Assembly: GCA_031409275.1 (NCBI GenBank)
Contig: JANNXA010000017.1
Location: 1 to 43,467, forward strand
Length of the DNA: 43,467 nucleotides
Direction of reading: 5' to 3'
Source of the DNA: Planctomycetota bacterium
GTDB lineage: Bacteria; Planctomycetota; B15-G4; SIAN01
In this document: positions 20,701 to 29,934 of the stretch, in pieces
How the letters are laid out: each line of letters begins with the position of its first letter
How positions within the stretch are numbered: the first letter of the stretch is position 1
Notes under the pieces: model-generated
Told to the model about the DNA's origin: nothing
The model's database searches: none
What the model saw: only the letters and a program-made list of their open reading frames with translations
Position numbers and translations under genes: made by a program

Positions 20701-20823
20701 GGCATCACGACGCTCGCGTTCCCGCTCACGCGCGCACGCTGGATCCGAGTCACACAGACGGGGACGAGTCCGACCTACCATTGGTCCATCTACGAGCTGA
20801 GCATCTCCCGCAGCGCGAGATGA
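17713..20823 (+). CDS. Secreted SASA-type (sialate O-acetylesterase-like) esterase + GH78 alpha-L-rhamnosidase-like + F5/8 type C (CBM32-like) fusion
   Basis: Signal peptide; FILAGQSNM, IIKTAWGGKSL, WWHGWND; DCPDRER, TTLWEH, SLNHGW; C-terminal AIDGDPWTGW...WFQVDM...HWSIYEL. Confidence 0.88.
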   Translation: MRAFLRIVGGSLALGLLPAALATAQTERAKRPVKVFILAGQSNMQGQGLVQAKDEAGREMPGTLTAMLADAAKAPLLEHLRTGDGRWAERDDAWVWDISEFGTAKGRLGFGFGWDLGNKDWFGPEVEFGHALKEHVDDPVLIIKTAWGGKSLHVDFRPPSSGGTVGPFYQQLVATVKRVLGHLAEEFPDLGTSEYELAGFVWWHGWNDFCDPEHAVPEYEQNLANLLRDLRRDLAAPGLPAVIGEFTGPWGADCSEPAALAIRHAQAAVTALPEFRDNTIFVTTHDFVRAEKDSPTSEGYHEFKNGETYLLVGRALGDGMWKLLSRESRPAERADSVIRDFGLKSYVRISKDLPHSEDQPWKLVCTMPYNCQFQPWIAVDARAGETLQFNSTNPLVLYLTPTETCSTIAGAHEYEAAHWISGEGAIYTIPPGVVVNRVQYRETGYDTDIAGSFVCNDEDFNILWRKGARTAYLCMRDHFYDCPDRERVGFWGDGTPELNQCFYVFDTASHRLCKELVLRPLEPDFYPGQHLEFLGEYGLWFYYLHTGDLAALAAVYAPTRTFLLETYQFGNPKTWFDWGADSKDTSILETCFAYIDLGTLRKIALATGHDADLPVIDARRAAIKGDFDARFWKGGWYQSADVEAPDDRANAMAVNAGLADRSKWDAIYANVLAKTTNASCFFDRWVFEALCTMGRQDQALIRMAARYRSMIDGKFTTLWEHYDRWWASWLNAFDEGSSLNHGWNPPALLLSQVIAGIRPVAPGWVTYEVLPKEAFLTSIKVVVPSIKGRIEVAIEKTATNYVVALASPPQTTAIVGIPRGSFSSLESIAVNDTLVWDGAPRGAVAGVSWLGEEDGYVKFSVAPGRWRFTGHGALPLATPKPPRPAPRPVVLLDSRPWIASASVPDGSFLFSGGKIPIDVAAANAIDGDPWTGWRDMTRTQSPGQWFQVDMREPQSFDQIELDNTWAAWDSPVEYSAAVSDDGATWSAPIAVGRGQLGITTLAFPLTRARWIRVTQTGTSPTYHWSIYELSISRSAR

Positions 20824-20939
20824 CCCGGATGAATCGCGCGAGCGTGCGCCCGCGTCGGCCCGCCGCCGCTTCGCTGGCGCTCGCCCCCTCGACGAATTCG
20901 GTGGCGTGATGCAGGCAATCGTTGGACAAACTCACGGCC

Positions 20940-23939
20940 ATGCAAACGATCCAAGCACTCGCCGCTTTCCTGCTGCCCTCGCTCGCCGCCGCGCAAGGCG
21001 CACCGCCGGCGAGCGCCGGTCGATACGCGGGCTGGCGCCATGACGGCGTGCTCTCGATCCTCACCTCGCCCGAGGGGGCCGACCTGCCGTCGGGAGCCGT
21101 CTTGGCAGGCTTTCCGCTGCTGGTCCGGCTGCACCAGGATTGGTTCGACTTCTCGCAGGCCAAGGCGGACGGGGCAGATCTCCGCTTCTCCACGCCGAAG
21201 GGTGAAGCGCTGCCGTACGAGATCGAGCAGTGGGATCCGGATCATGGCACGGCGAGCATCTGGGTGCGGATTCCCCGGATCGAAGGCCAAACGCGCCAAG
21301 TGGTCCGAATGCACTGGGGTGCGGCAGACGCGGCGAGCGAGTCAAACGGCAAGGCGGTCTTCAACGAGTCGAACGGCTACCTGAGCGTGTGGCATCTCGG
21401 CAACACCGTCCAGGACGCCGTCGGCACGCTGGCATCGCAAGACACGGGCACGACGGCGGCCGCCGGCATGGTCGGAAAGGCGCGCCACTTCGCGGGCGGA
21501 CAGGGAGTCTTCGGCGGCGACAAGATCGCGGACTATCCGAAGGGATCAGCGCCGCACACCTCGGAAGCCTGGATCCGCCCGGAGAAACCCAACAGCACCG
21601 TCCTCGCGTGGGGCAACGAGCAGGCGCAGGGGAAGGTCGTGATGCACTTCCAGAGCCCGCCCCATGTGCAGATGGACTGCTACTTCTCCGACGCCGACGT
21701 CGGGAGTTCCGGCCGGCTGCCGATGAACGAGTGGATCCACGTCGTCCACTCCTATCAGCAAGGCGCCTCCCGCGTCTACGTGGATGGAGCGCTCGCGGGC
21801 GCGTCGCAGAACCAGGGGTCGCCGCTCGCGATCCAGAGTCCGGCCAAGCTCTGGATCGGCGGCTGGTACGACAACTACGACTTCGTCGGCGACATCGACG
21901 AGGTGCGCATCAGCAACGTGACGCGCTCGCCGGAGTGGATCCGTCTCGAGTTCGAGAACCAGAAGGCGGTGCAGACGCTCGTCGGGCCGCTGATCCAGCC
22001 GGGCGCGAAGTTCCTCGTCGCTCCCGCGGCAGCGAGCGTCATGGAGGGGCAGAGCATCTCCTTCACCGCTCAGGCCGGCGGCGCGCAGAAGGTCTATTGG
22101 TCGCTCGTCCGTGACGGCGTGGCGACGCGCGTCGCCTCGGACCGATTCACGTTCACCTTCGAAGCAGGGCGGGTGACCGGCGACACGACAGCGACGCTGC
22201 GGTTCGAGGCGGTCTACCCCGATGGCGTGAAGACGCTGGAGGTCCCGATCTCCATCCGGGAGGAGATCGCCGAGCCGCAGTTCACGCTGCGCGCACCAGC
22301 GGCGTGGGACGGCCGCGCGACCATCGAGGTGGTGCCGGAGATCACGAATCTCGCTGCCGCGCAGGCGAAAGGGGCCGGCGACTTGAAGATCGCGTGGAGC
22401 GTCTCCCCGATCGCGGTCATCCAGGAGGCTGCGGCGGACCGGCTCATCCTCGTTCGGGCACAAAACCGCGGCGAGATGACGGTCACGGCCACCGTCAGCA
22501 ATGGCGGGAAGCCAGCGCTGCAATCGGTGACCATCGCCGTGACGGAGCCGGCGCATGACGCGTGGACCGCGCGCGCGCCGGCGAAGAACGAGAAACCGGA
22601 GGACGGCGAGTTCTACGCGCGCGAGGATCAGGACACGGGCACGTTGTTCTGCAACGGGACAGCGATCGAAGCGGCCGACGCGGTCTTCCTCAAGGTCTTC
22701 GCCGACGAGAAGCCCTACCAGACCGAGACGGTGACGCTCGGCGCGGACAAGTCCTACGCCTTCGCGGTCAAGCTCCGTTCCGGGCTCATCAAGTACCGCG
22801 TCGAACTCGGCGCGCGCACTGGCGGCCGCGAGACCGTGCTCCACACGGCGAAGGATCTCGTGTGCGGCGACGCGTTCCTGATCAACGGCCAATCCAACGC
22901 CGTCGCAACCGATTGGGGCGAGGGCGACCCGCCGCCGTTCCACAGCGAATGGATCCGCACCTTCGGCTCGATGTCGGGGAGTCCGGAAGGCCAACACCTC
23001 TGGGGCGAGGCGACCTATCGCGGCCGCGACTCCGAGAGTCTGCAGATCGGTTACTGGGCGATGGAACTCGCCAGGCGGCTCGTCGAGAGCCAGAAGGTGC
23101 CGATCTGCATCATCAACGGCGCCGTCGGGGGAACGCGCGTCGACCAGCATCAACGCAACGTCGCCCAACCGACCGACATGACGACGATCTACGGCCGCCT
23201 GCTCTGGCGGGTGCGTGAGGCGCGACTCACGCATGGCATCCGCGGCGTGATCTGGCATCAGGGCGAGAACGACCAGGGTGCCGACGGCCCCACCGGTGGC
23301 TTCGGCTGGGAGACCTACCGCCACGACTTCATCGAACTCGCCGCCGCGTGGAAACGGGACTACCCGAACATCCAGCACTACCACGTCTTCCAGATCTGGC
23401 CGAAAGCGTGCGCGATGGGCATCGACGGTTCCGACAACCACCTGCGTGAAGTCCAGCGCAACCTGCCCACCGCGTTCTCGCGGTTGAACGTCATGTCCAC
23501 GCTCGGCATCGAGCCACCCGGAGGGTGCCACTACCCGCGTGCCGGCTACGAGCAGATCGCTGTCCAACTCCTCCCGCTGTTCGAGCGCGACCACTACGCG
23601 AAGCCGTTCACCGCGCCGGTCACGCCGCCGAATCTGCTGCGTGCGCACCTCGTCGGCGACGCGAAGGACGCGGTCGCGCTGGAATTCGACCAGCCCGTGA
23701 AATGGGACGCCGCGCTCGTGAGCGAGTTCTATCTCGATGGCGTGGCCGGCCAGGTCGCGTCCGGCCGCGTGGCGGGAAGCACGCTCACCCTCAAGCTCAC
23801 TGCACCATCCAGCGCCACGACGATCACCTATCTCGACAGCAAGTCGTGGAGCCAGTCGCGGCTGCTGCGCGGAGAGAACGGCATTGCCGCGCTCACCTTC
23901 TGCGATGTGGCGCTGCAGTCTGCGGGATCCGTCCGCTGA
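20940..23939 (+). CDS. Secreted DUF2341 + LamG-like + SASA esterase domain protein
   Basis: FPLLVRL...GADLRF...LPYEIEQWD...IWVRIP; WIHVV...VYVDG...GDIDEVRIS; INGQSNA, INGAVGGT, IWHQGENDQ, GCHY. Confidence 0.88.
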   Translation: MQTIQALAAFLLPSLAAAQGAPPASAGRYAGWRHDGVLSILTSPEGADLPSGAVLAGFPLLVRLHQDWFDFSQAKADGADLRFSTPKGEALPYEIEQWDPDHGTASIWVRIPRIEGQTRQVVRMHWGAADAASESNGKAVFNESNGYLSVWHLGNTVQDAVGTLASQDTGTTAAAGMVGKARHFAGGQGVFGGDKIADYPKGSAPHTSEAWIRPEKPNSTVLAWGNEQAQGKVVMHFQSPPHVQMDCYFSDADVGSSGRLPMNEWIHVVHSYQQGASRVYVDGALAGASQNQGSPLAIQSPAKLWIGGWYDNYDFVGDIDEVRISNVTRSPEWIRLEFENQKAVQTLVGPLIQPGAKFLVAPAAASVMEGQSISFTAQAGGAQKVYWSLVRDGVATRVASDRFTFTFEAGRVTGDTTATLRFEAVYPDGVKTLEVPISIREEIAEPQFTLRAPAAWDGRATIEVVPEITNLAAAQAKGAGDLKIAWSVSPIAVIQEAAADRLILVRAQNRGEMTVTATVSNGGKPALQSVTIAVTEPAHDAWTARAPAKNEKPEDGEFYAREDQDTGTLFCNGTAIEAADAVFLKVFADEKPYQTETVTLGADKSYAFAVKLRSGLIKYRVELGARTGGRETVLHTAKDLVCGDAFLINGQSNAVATDWGEGDPPPFHSEWIRTFGSMSGSPEGQHLWGEATYRGRDSESLQIGYWAMELARRLVESQKVPICIINGAVGGTRVDQHQRNVAQPTDMTTIYGRLLWRVREARLTHGIRGVIWHQGENDQGADGPTGGFGWETYRHDFIELAAAWKRDYPNIQHYHVFQIWPKACAMGIDGSDNHLREVQRNLPTAFSRLNVMSTLGIEPPGGCHYPRAGYEQIAVQLLPLFERDHYAKPFTAPVTPPNLLRAHLVGDAKDAVALEFDQPVKWDAALVSEFYLDGVAGQVASGRVAGSTLTLKLTAPSSATTITYLDSKSWSQSRLLRGENGIAALTFCDVALQSAGSVR

Positions 23940-23983
23940 CCGGGACGCGGGCTCACGGCGCAGGCGGTCAGTTCCAGTCGCGG

Positions 23984-24012
23984 GGCGTAGGGTGCAACCG
24001 AACGGCCGTCCG
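23984..24012 (+). repeat. Left-end repeat copy 5 (terminal ~28 bp only)
   Basis: CGTAGGGTGCAACCGAACGGCCG, 44 bp after the stop of the upstream gene. Confidence 0.8.
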
Positions 24013-24301
24013 CCGGGCGTCAGCGAACCGCCGCACTGGATCGACCCAGCGAGTCCGACCAAACGGGCCGAACCGTGCTCTCCGGCTGTCGATCAAAGAA
24101 CGTCCTCGAACTCCTGCTTCGGCCGACGGCGGCGACGACGCGCTCCCTGACGGGGCCTCGGGTAGGAACACCGCCCAATAGGCCGGCCCGGGAATTGCCT
24201 AGCCATCCGGTGCGGATGAAGGCGCGTCCACCGACGCGGCCGTCCGCTCGACAGCGGAACATCTCCGCGGGTCAAGGTGACGCTCGAAATTGGAGGAACG
24301 C

Positions 24302-24907
24302 ATGAGGCACGCCGGATCCAGCAGCCCCCAAGTCCTGACCGCCGCGGTCCTGTTCGCATCCCTAGTCGCGACGGGCTGCACCTCGACCGCCGCGTCCAAC
24401 GAGCGCGCCGAGCCGACGTCGGACTTCGCGCGGCCGGGCGCCTACGTCGGCCTCTACGGGATCGAGTCCTTCGAGAACTTCCACACATCGGGTTCCGGCG
24501 TCAGCTCCGGGAACAGCGACGTCGGCGCGGGCCTCAAGATCGGGTACCGGGCCACGCCCGACGTCGCCGTCGAGTTGCTCGCCGAGAACGTGAAGGGGTT
24601 CAGCCTGACCGACTCGAACGCAAAGGCGGACATGACGCTCGTGAACTTCGGCCTCATGGGGAAGTACTACCTCGCCACGGAGCGATTCGAGCCCTATCTC
24701 CTCGCCGGGTTCGGCCTGGCCAGCGCCCACGTCCGCCACTTCGACTATGACAGCCAGGGCGGCTTTCTCCGCGGGGGCGTGGGCATGGACGTCTACATCA
24801 TCCGCAACGTCGCGGTCTTCGGCGAGGCCAACTACAACCGGTTGATGGGCGGGGTCAGCGACCTGCACCACATCGACGTCCAGCTCGGCCTCCTCTTCCG
24901 CTTCTAG
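24302..24907 (+). CDS. Outer membrane beta-barrel protein (OmpA-like/porin family)
   Basis: GGAGG RBS; signal with VATGC; amphipathic strands GLKIGYR, GKYYL, EPYLLAGFG, RGGVGMDVY; terminal LLFRF. Confidence 0.85.
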   Translation: MRHAGSSSPQVLTAAVLFASLVATGCTSTAASNERAEPTSDFARPGAYVGLYGIESFENFHTSGSGVSSGNSDVGAGLKIGYRATPDVAVELLAENVKGFSLTDSNAKADMTLVNFGLMGKYYLATERFEPYLLAGFGLASAHVRHFDYDSQGGFLRGGVGMDVYIIRNVAVFGEANYNRLMGGVSDLHHIDVQLGLLFRF

Positions 24908-25621
24908 CAGCCCGTCGGCGAAAACCCGGTTTTCGTGACCGTGAGACGGTCGTACTTGCGAAGCACCCAGCGTGTTCCATCTTCGGCAGCGAAGGCGGCC
25001 GCGGCCTTCGGACGCGCCATCGCGAGTCGCCTCATCTGGTCGCTGAATCGGGTGTCGCCGACTTCATCGAGGAGCTCGGCCGAGCGACGAACGGACACGA
25101 AACCCGCCTTCGACGACTCCGCGAAGTCGGGGATGGATGCCAAGGAGAATCCGCGAGTACTCGGCATCTCGCGCGGTTGAACGCGTTTACAAACCAGGAA
25201 CAATCGAAACGTCGGGAGCCGCGCAACGACCGTAGCCTCCCGGACCGGCCGCGGCACGGCCGTTGCAGTCTCCGGGTGAGTGACGCAACGCACCGTTGCG
25301 AGACTCTCTGGAGATGATCATGCGTAAGTGGTGGAAGCTTGTGAATCTCGTCGCGGCCTGCTCGACCCTCGGGTTCTGCATCTCGACCTGATTCGTGCCG
25401 TCCTGATCGGGCTCCAGCTCCTCGCGGCGTCGTGTGCCGGGAGCGAGCGGGAGGTCCGGCGCGATTTGTTGCATTCCTACACTGTCAATCACCAACAGTT
25501 TCCACGGACCGCCGGCGTTTCTTATTGGCTGATATCGTCGAGGTCAGTCGGTTCGGCGTGCTGCAGAACTGGAAGAGATCTTTCGCGCGATGCCGGGCTC
25601 GACCCAGAGCGCAAGGCCGAA

Positions 25622-25895
25622 CCCGTAGCGTGTAACCGGACGTCCGCCTCCGACTCCCGGCATCGTGTCCGACTTCTAGGCGGAATCAGCCGATCGGCCC
25701 CGAGCCGCTTCAGCCGCCACGAGAACGGCGCTGATCCCATGAGCCCCCGCCGCTCGCTCCGTGGCCGCGCCAGTCCGCTACGGTCCCGCGCCCCATGCCG
25801 CCGATCCTCCACGCATTCGCCGCGGCGATGCACGTGATCCAGAAGGAGCTGCTCTCGCGCCTGACCTACCGGCGCTACCTCGCACTCTCGCGCGG
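25622..25895 (+). mobile_element. Left-end copy 6; subfamily B with transposase start stub
   Basis: CCCGTAGCGTGTAACCGGACG...; ATG 25795 MPPILHAFA matches the transposase start MPPIPHAFA; colinear with 29381-29655. Confidence 0.85.
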
Positions 25896-25973
25896 CGGGA
25901 AGCGAGCGGCGCGGCAGCGATCCGGCGCTACCGGTGCTGGACAGCACGCCACCACCGTGCGACGCTGCCTCCC

Positions 25974-26600
25974 ATGTGCGCACACATCCACGCCAACTTC
26001 CAGGCCGCCGCGGCTGCGGAACTCCTGCACGCGAAGCTCGATGCGCGCGGCTGGGTCCCTTCGCCCCACGTCGTCCCGACTCAGCCGCTCCTGGCGCTCC
26101 GCCGCGCCACCGAGGGGCGCGTGCTCGAAAGCCTCCACTGGGGCCTCATCCCGTCGTGGGCGCACGACATGAAGATCGGCGCCAAGACGTTCAATGCGCG
26201 CGCCGACAGCCTCGACGAGAAGCCGTCATTCCGACCCGCGTTCCGCGCGCGCCGATGCGCGCTCCTCGTGAGCGGCTTCTACGAGTGGGCCACCGTCGAC
26301 GGGAAGCGCGTGCCCTACCTCTTCAGCGTGCCGGGCCACGCCATCTTCTGCCTCGCCGGGCTCTACGAGACGTGGCGCCCTTCCCAAGGCGGTGCCGAAG
26401 TCCACTCGTGCACGATCATCACGACGGCGGCGAATGCACAGACGCTGCCGATCCACGATCGAATGCCGGTGATCCTCGGCACGGAGGTGCTCGATCGCTG
26501 GCTCGATCCGGCCACGCCGCACGACGCTCTGCCGGGCCTGCTCGTTCCCTTCGCGCTGCCGATGACGATCGAGCACGCAACCATCGCGGCGAAGCACTGA
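25974..26600 (+). CDS. SOS response-associated peptidase (SRAP; YedK/HMCES family)
   Basis: Met-Cys start; LHWGLIPSW, FNARADSL, KPSFR, RRC, GFYEW, LAGLYE, CTIITT, IHDRMPVIL. Confidence 0.92.
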   Translation: MCAHIHANFQAAAAAELLHAKLDARGWVPSPHVVPTQPLLALRRATEGRVLESLHWGLIPSWAHDMKIGAKTFNARADSLDEKPSFRPAFRARRCALLVSGFYEWATVDGKRVPYLFSVPGHAIFCLAGLYETWRPSQGGAEVHSCTIITTAANAQTLPIHDRMPVILGTEVLDRWLDPATPHDALPGLLVPFALPMTIEHATIAAKH

Positions 26601-26615
26601 GAGCCTGAGAAACAC

Positions 26616-27285
26616 CCTGTAGGGTGCAGCCGAACGCCGCCCCCGAACCACTGCATCGTGTCCGATCTTTCGACGGAATCAGCCGATCGGCCCCGAGTCG
26701 TGACAGCCACGTTTCCGGCCCTACGCGAGATGCGTTCGTAGGAGGACAATCACGCTCGCTCACGCTCGTTCGCGTTGGCGATGCAAGCGCGGTCAACCCG
26801 CATCAGAACGCGTTCTCCCGCCGTCAACCAGAGAACCAGTTCGAGTCCTACTCGGTCCATTTGCGGAACCGGCCTCGCTTCACGATCTCGCCGCTCTCTC
26901 GCGACGCTCCGCCCCAGAAGAAGCTGTCAACCGGGAGCGCCGATGTTCGCACCAACGATGCGCTTGATGGGGTCCGGCCGCAGCTGTTAACCAGCCCCGC
27001 GCTCTCTCCGAACGACAGAGAGTTCGAAAGCTTCCGACGCCCAAACTTCGCGTCACCGCTTGGGGTACCCGATCACCACGACGCGAACAGAGCGCGCGCC
27101 ATTTTCGGGATCGTCGTATCTCGTCTCGCGCGACAGGCGCAACTTGGGACGAGGCTCGCGAGCGCGCTACGAGCGGCCTGCGTCAACCGTTTCGGCCGCT
27201 GCGATGACTGCCGAGGAGCGCATTGGCTCCCCGAGTGCTTCGCAAAAGCAAACGGCTAGCTGTTCGCGTTCGGCGGTCCCTCGGG
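26616..27285 (+). mobile_element. Left-end copy 7; about 670-bp non-coding subfamily A element
   Basis: CCTGTAGGGTGCAGCCGAACG...; colinear with 13311-13975; begins 15 bp after the SRAP stop. Right boundary approximate. Confidence 0.85.
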
Positions 27286-27770
27286 CACCGAGTAGGACTC
27301 GAAACCGTGCTCTTGGTCGACGCGGGCGCATCCCGACCCATCGAATACCAAGCCGTCCCCTCCAGCACCGCTCCGCCCTCCAAGCAGTTTGAACCGTCGC
27401 ACGGCGTAACGCGCTCCGACGCCGCCCGAGTCATTGAAGCGCCGGCGAGAAGCCCGGTCGGAAGCGTGAACGTCGCCGTCGCGGCTGACGTCATCGAGCG
27501 TCGACGGACAGATGCCGTCATTTTCGGCGCTGCGATCCGCAGATTCGGAGACAGCCCTTCGCGTGCACCATTCGGGTGAGGAGCAGGGCAAGCGATTCCT
27601 GATCCCGAGGCGTCGCTAGGCCATCGACCGGGGTCGACGACGTGTGAACCGGCGCTATCGACTTGGGCGAGCATCGCCACCTCGCTTGGGAATGGTCGGG
27701 CTGGTCGAAATGCTCGGTCGAGTTCGAGATCCGGCTCGTGATCGAATCGGATCGTCGCGGAGGAATGTCG

Positions 27771-29258
27771 ATGTTGTCGAATCCGTTGAAGCGGTCGTGT
27801 CCGACACCGGGGCTTGCGGTCGGGCGCGCGGTCGCAATCGCGGCGGTGATCGTCGCGGTGAATGGCGCCCACGCCGTCGCCCAGACCATCACCGCGATCG
27901 GCCCGCTCGTTCCTCTCGGCCCTCCAGTGGTCCCGGCCGGATTGAACAGCGATGGCACGGTCGTCGTTGGCTGGGCTCAGAATGGCGTCGACCTCCGCGC
28001 CGTGCGGTGGACCAGCACTGGCGGGCCGCAGGACCTCGGAGCGCCTCCCGGCGCGGTCCACGCCTACGCGAACGGCGTGAGCGGTGATGGTCTGACGGTC
28101 GTCGGCGACGAACACGGCGGGCCGAATGGCGGCGGCGCGTTCCTCTGGACCAGCGCAGGCGGGATGCAAGAGCTCGGATCGTCACTTGGTTTTGTGACGT
28201 CGAACGTGACCGCCGTGAGCGAGGACGGCGTGACGGTCGCGGGCTCTGGCCAGGATTCGAACGGCGAATTCCATTCGTTTCTGTGGACCAGCGCAGGCGG
28301 AATGCAGCTGCTCGATTCGCTCGCGCTGTTCGGCGGTGAGAGCACGGTGAATGTGAACCAGGACGGCAGCGCGATCGTCGGCAACATGTTCGGCGGCGTA
28401 TTCCTCTGGACCAGCACCGCGGGCATGCAGAACCTCGGCCTGCTGCCGGGTCGGAACGGAGCCGTGGCTGCCGACGTGAACTCCGACGGGACGGTGGCTG
28501 TGGGGAACAGCTACAGCTGGAGCGGCAGCACCGGCTTCACGTTCATCGATGCGTTCGGTTGGACCGCGTCAGGCGGGATGCAGGACCTTGGCGTACTGCC
28601 CGGCGATGGCTTCTCCTATTCCACAGGCGTCAACGGAGATGGATCGATCGTCGTTGGGAACAGTTACAGCCTCGTCGCCGGCTACGTCGGCCGCGCGTTC
28701 CTCTGGACGCCGGTGCTCGGAATGGTCGAGCTGAACGCCCATCTCGCCGCGCTCGGCCTCGACCTCACGGGCTGGGACCTCGGCGAAGTGAAGGGAATCA
28801 GCGTGGACGGCTCCGCGCTCTTCGGCTTCGGAACGCTGAATGGCCAGCCGACCGGCTGGGTCGTGAACGGTCTATGCGAAGCGTCGTGGTCGAACTACGG
28901 CATCGGATTTCCCGGGACGCTCGGCATCCCGTCGCTCACCGCGCAGGGCGACCCGGTGCTCGGCACGACGCTGAACGTCTACGTGGGCAACTCCGCGACC
29001 ACGGCGACGATCGCCGCGATCCTAGTCGGCACCCAACCGACCTCAGTCCCGATGGGCAAGGGCGGTGATCTGCTCGTCGTCCCGTTGATCACCTTCCTGA
29101 TCCCACTCCCGGTCGGCGGGACGACGCTCGCCGAGGACATCGACAACGACGCCGCGTTGTGCGGGCTCGAGTTCTTCGTCCAATCGCTCGTCGCGGATCG
29201 CGGCGCAGCGAAGAGGCAATCAGCGAGCGCGGGTTTGAAGCTGGTGCTGGGGTACTGA
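27771..29258 (+). CDS. Secreted HAF-type extracellular repeat protein with VLGY C-terminal module
   Basis: GGAGG RBS; signal ending AHAVAQ; repeats VxxDGxxVVG...AFLWTSAGGMQDLG; C-terminal WSNYGIGFPGTLGIPSL...GLKLVLGY. Confidence 0.9.
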   Translation: MLSNPLKRSCPTPGLAVGRAVAIAAVIVAVNGAHAVAQTITAIGPLVPLGPPVVPAGLNSDGTVVVGWAQNGVDLRAVRWTSTGGPQDLGAPPGAVHAYANGVSGDGLTVVGDEHGGPNGGGAFLWTSAGGMQELGSSLGFVTSNVTAVSEDGVTVAGSGQDSNGEFHSFLWTSAGGMQLLDSLALFGGESTVNVNQDGSAIVGNMFGGVFLWTSTAGMQNLGLLPGRNGAVAADVNSDGTVAVGNSYSWSGSTGFTFIDAFGWTASGGMQDLGVLPGDGFSYSTGVNGDGSIVVGNSYSLVAGYVGRAFLWTPVLGMVELNAHLAALGLDLTGWDLGEVKGISVDGSALFGFGTLNGQPTGWVVNGLCEASWSNYGIGFPGTLGIPSLTAQGDPVLGTTLNVYVGNSATTATIAAILVGTQPTSVPMGKGGDLLVVPLITFLIPLPVGGTTLAEDIDNDAALCGLEFFVQSLVADRGAAKRQSASAGLKLVLGY

Positions 29259-29380
29259 CGAGGTCCGCATCCCGAACCAAGATCACGACGTGTAACGGAT
29301 GGCGCGCGGGCGGAGGTGCATGAGGGCGCGCAGTTCGTCCGCCATCGCGTCGACGAAGGCCGCATCGTTGATGTGGCAGT

Positions 29381-29655
29381 CCCGTAGGGTGCAACCGAAC
29401 GGCCGCCCCCGATTCCCGGCCTCGTGTCCGATTGCACGGCCGAGTCAACCGATCGACTTCGAGCCGCTTCAGCCGCCACGGGAGCGGCGCTGATCCCATG
29501 AACCCACGACGTTCGACCCGTGGCCGCGCCAGCGCGCGAACGTCCCGCGCGCCCCATGCCGCCGATCCTCCAGGCATTCGCCGCGGCGATGCACGTGAAC
29601 CAGAAGGAGCCGCTATCGCGCCCGACCTAACGGCGCTACCTCGCACTCTCGCGCG
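29381..29655 (+). mobile_element. Left-end copy 8; subfamily B
   Basis: CCCGTAGGGTGCAACCGAACGGCCGCCCCCGA; colinear with 25622-25895 including the MPPILQAFAAAMH stub. Confidence 0.85.
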
Positions 29656-29934
29656 ACGCCGTCCAAGTCACCGAATCGACCCTCACCCCCACCGATCGCA
29701 ACGGACTTCTCCCCGCCCGGGCTGCCGACATCTCGTCAGAAAACAACAGAATGTCGTGGTGAGGAGCAGCGCAGCGGTTGCTCGAGTACCACCGAGATGA
29801 GGTGTTCCGGCAGGCGCGCAGGCGGGTGGGATCGCCGCGCGGCGGAGGATCGCGTGCCGCTCGAACGCGATCGGCCGACGCGACGCCGACCATCTGAGCC
29901 GTCGCTCGACCGCAGCAGCGACCGCGCCGCACTT

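Noticed and set aside
26624..27259. 211-aa ORF spanning the subfamily A element
   Set aside because: The frame is not preserved in the 13311 copy and there are no recognisable motifs.
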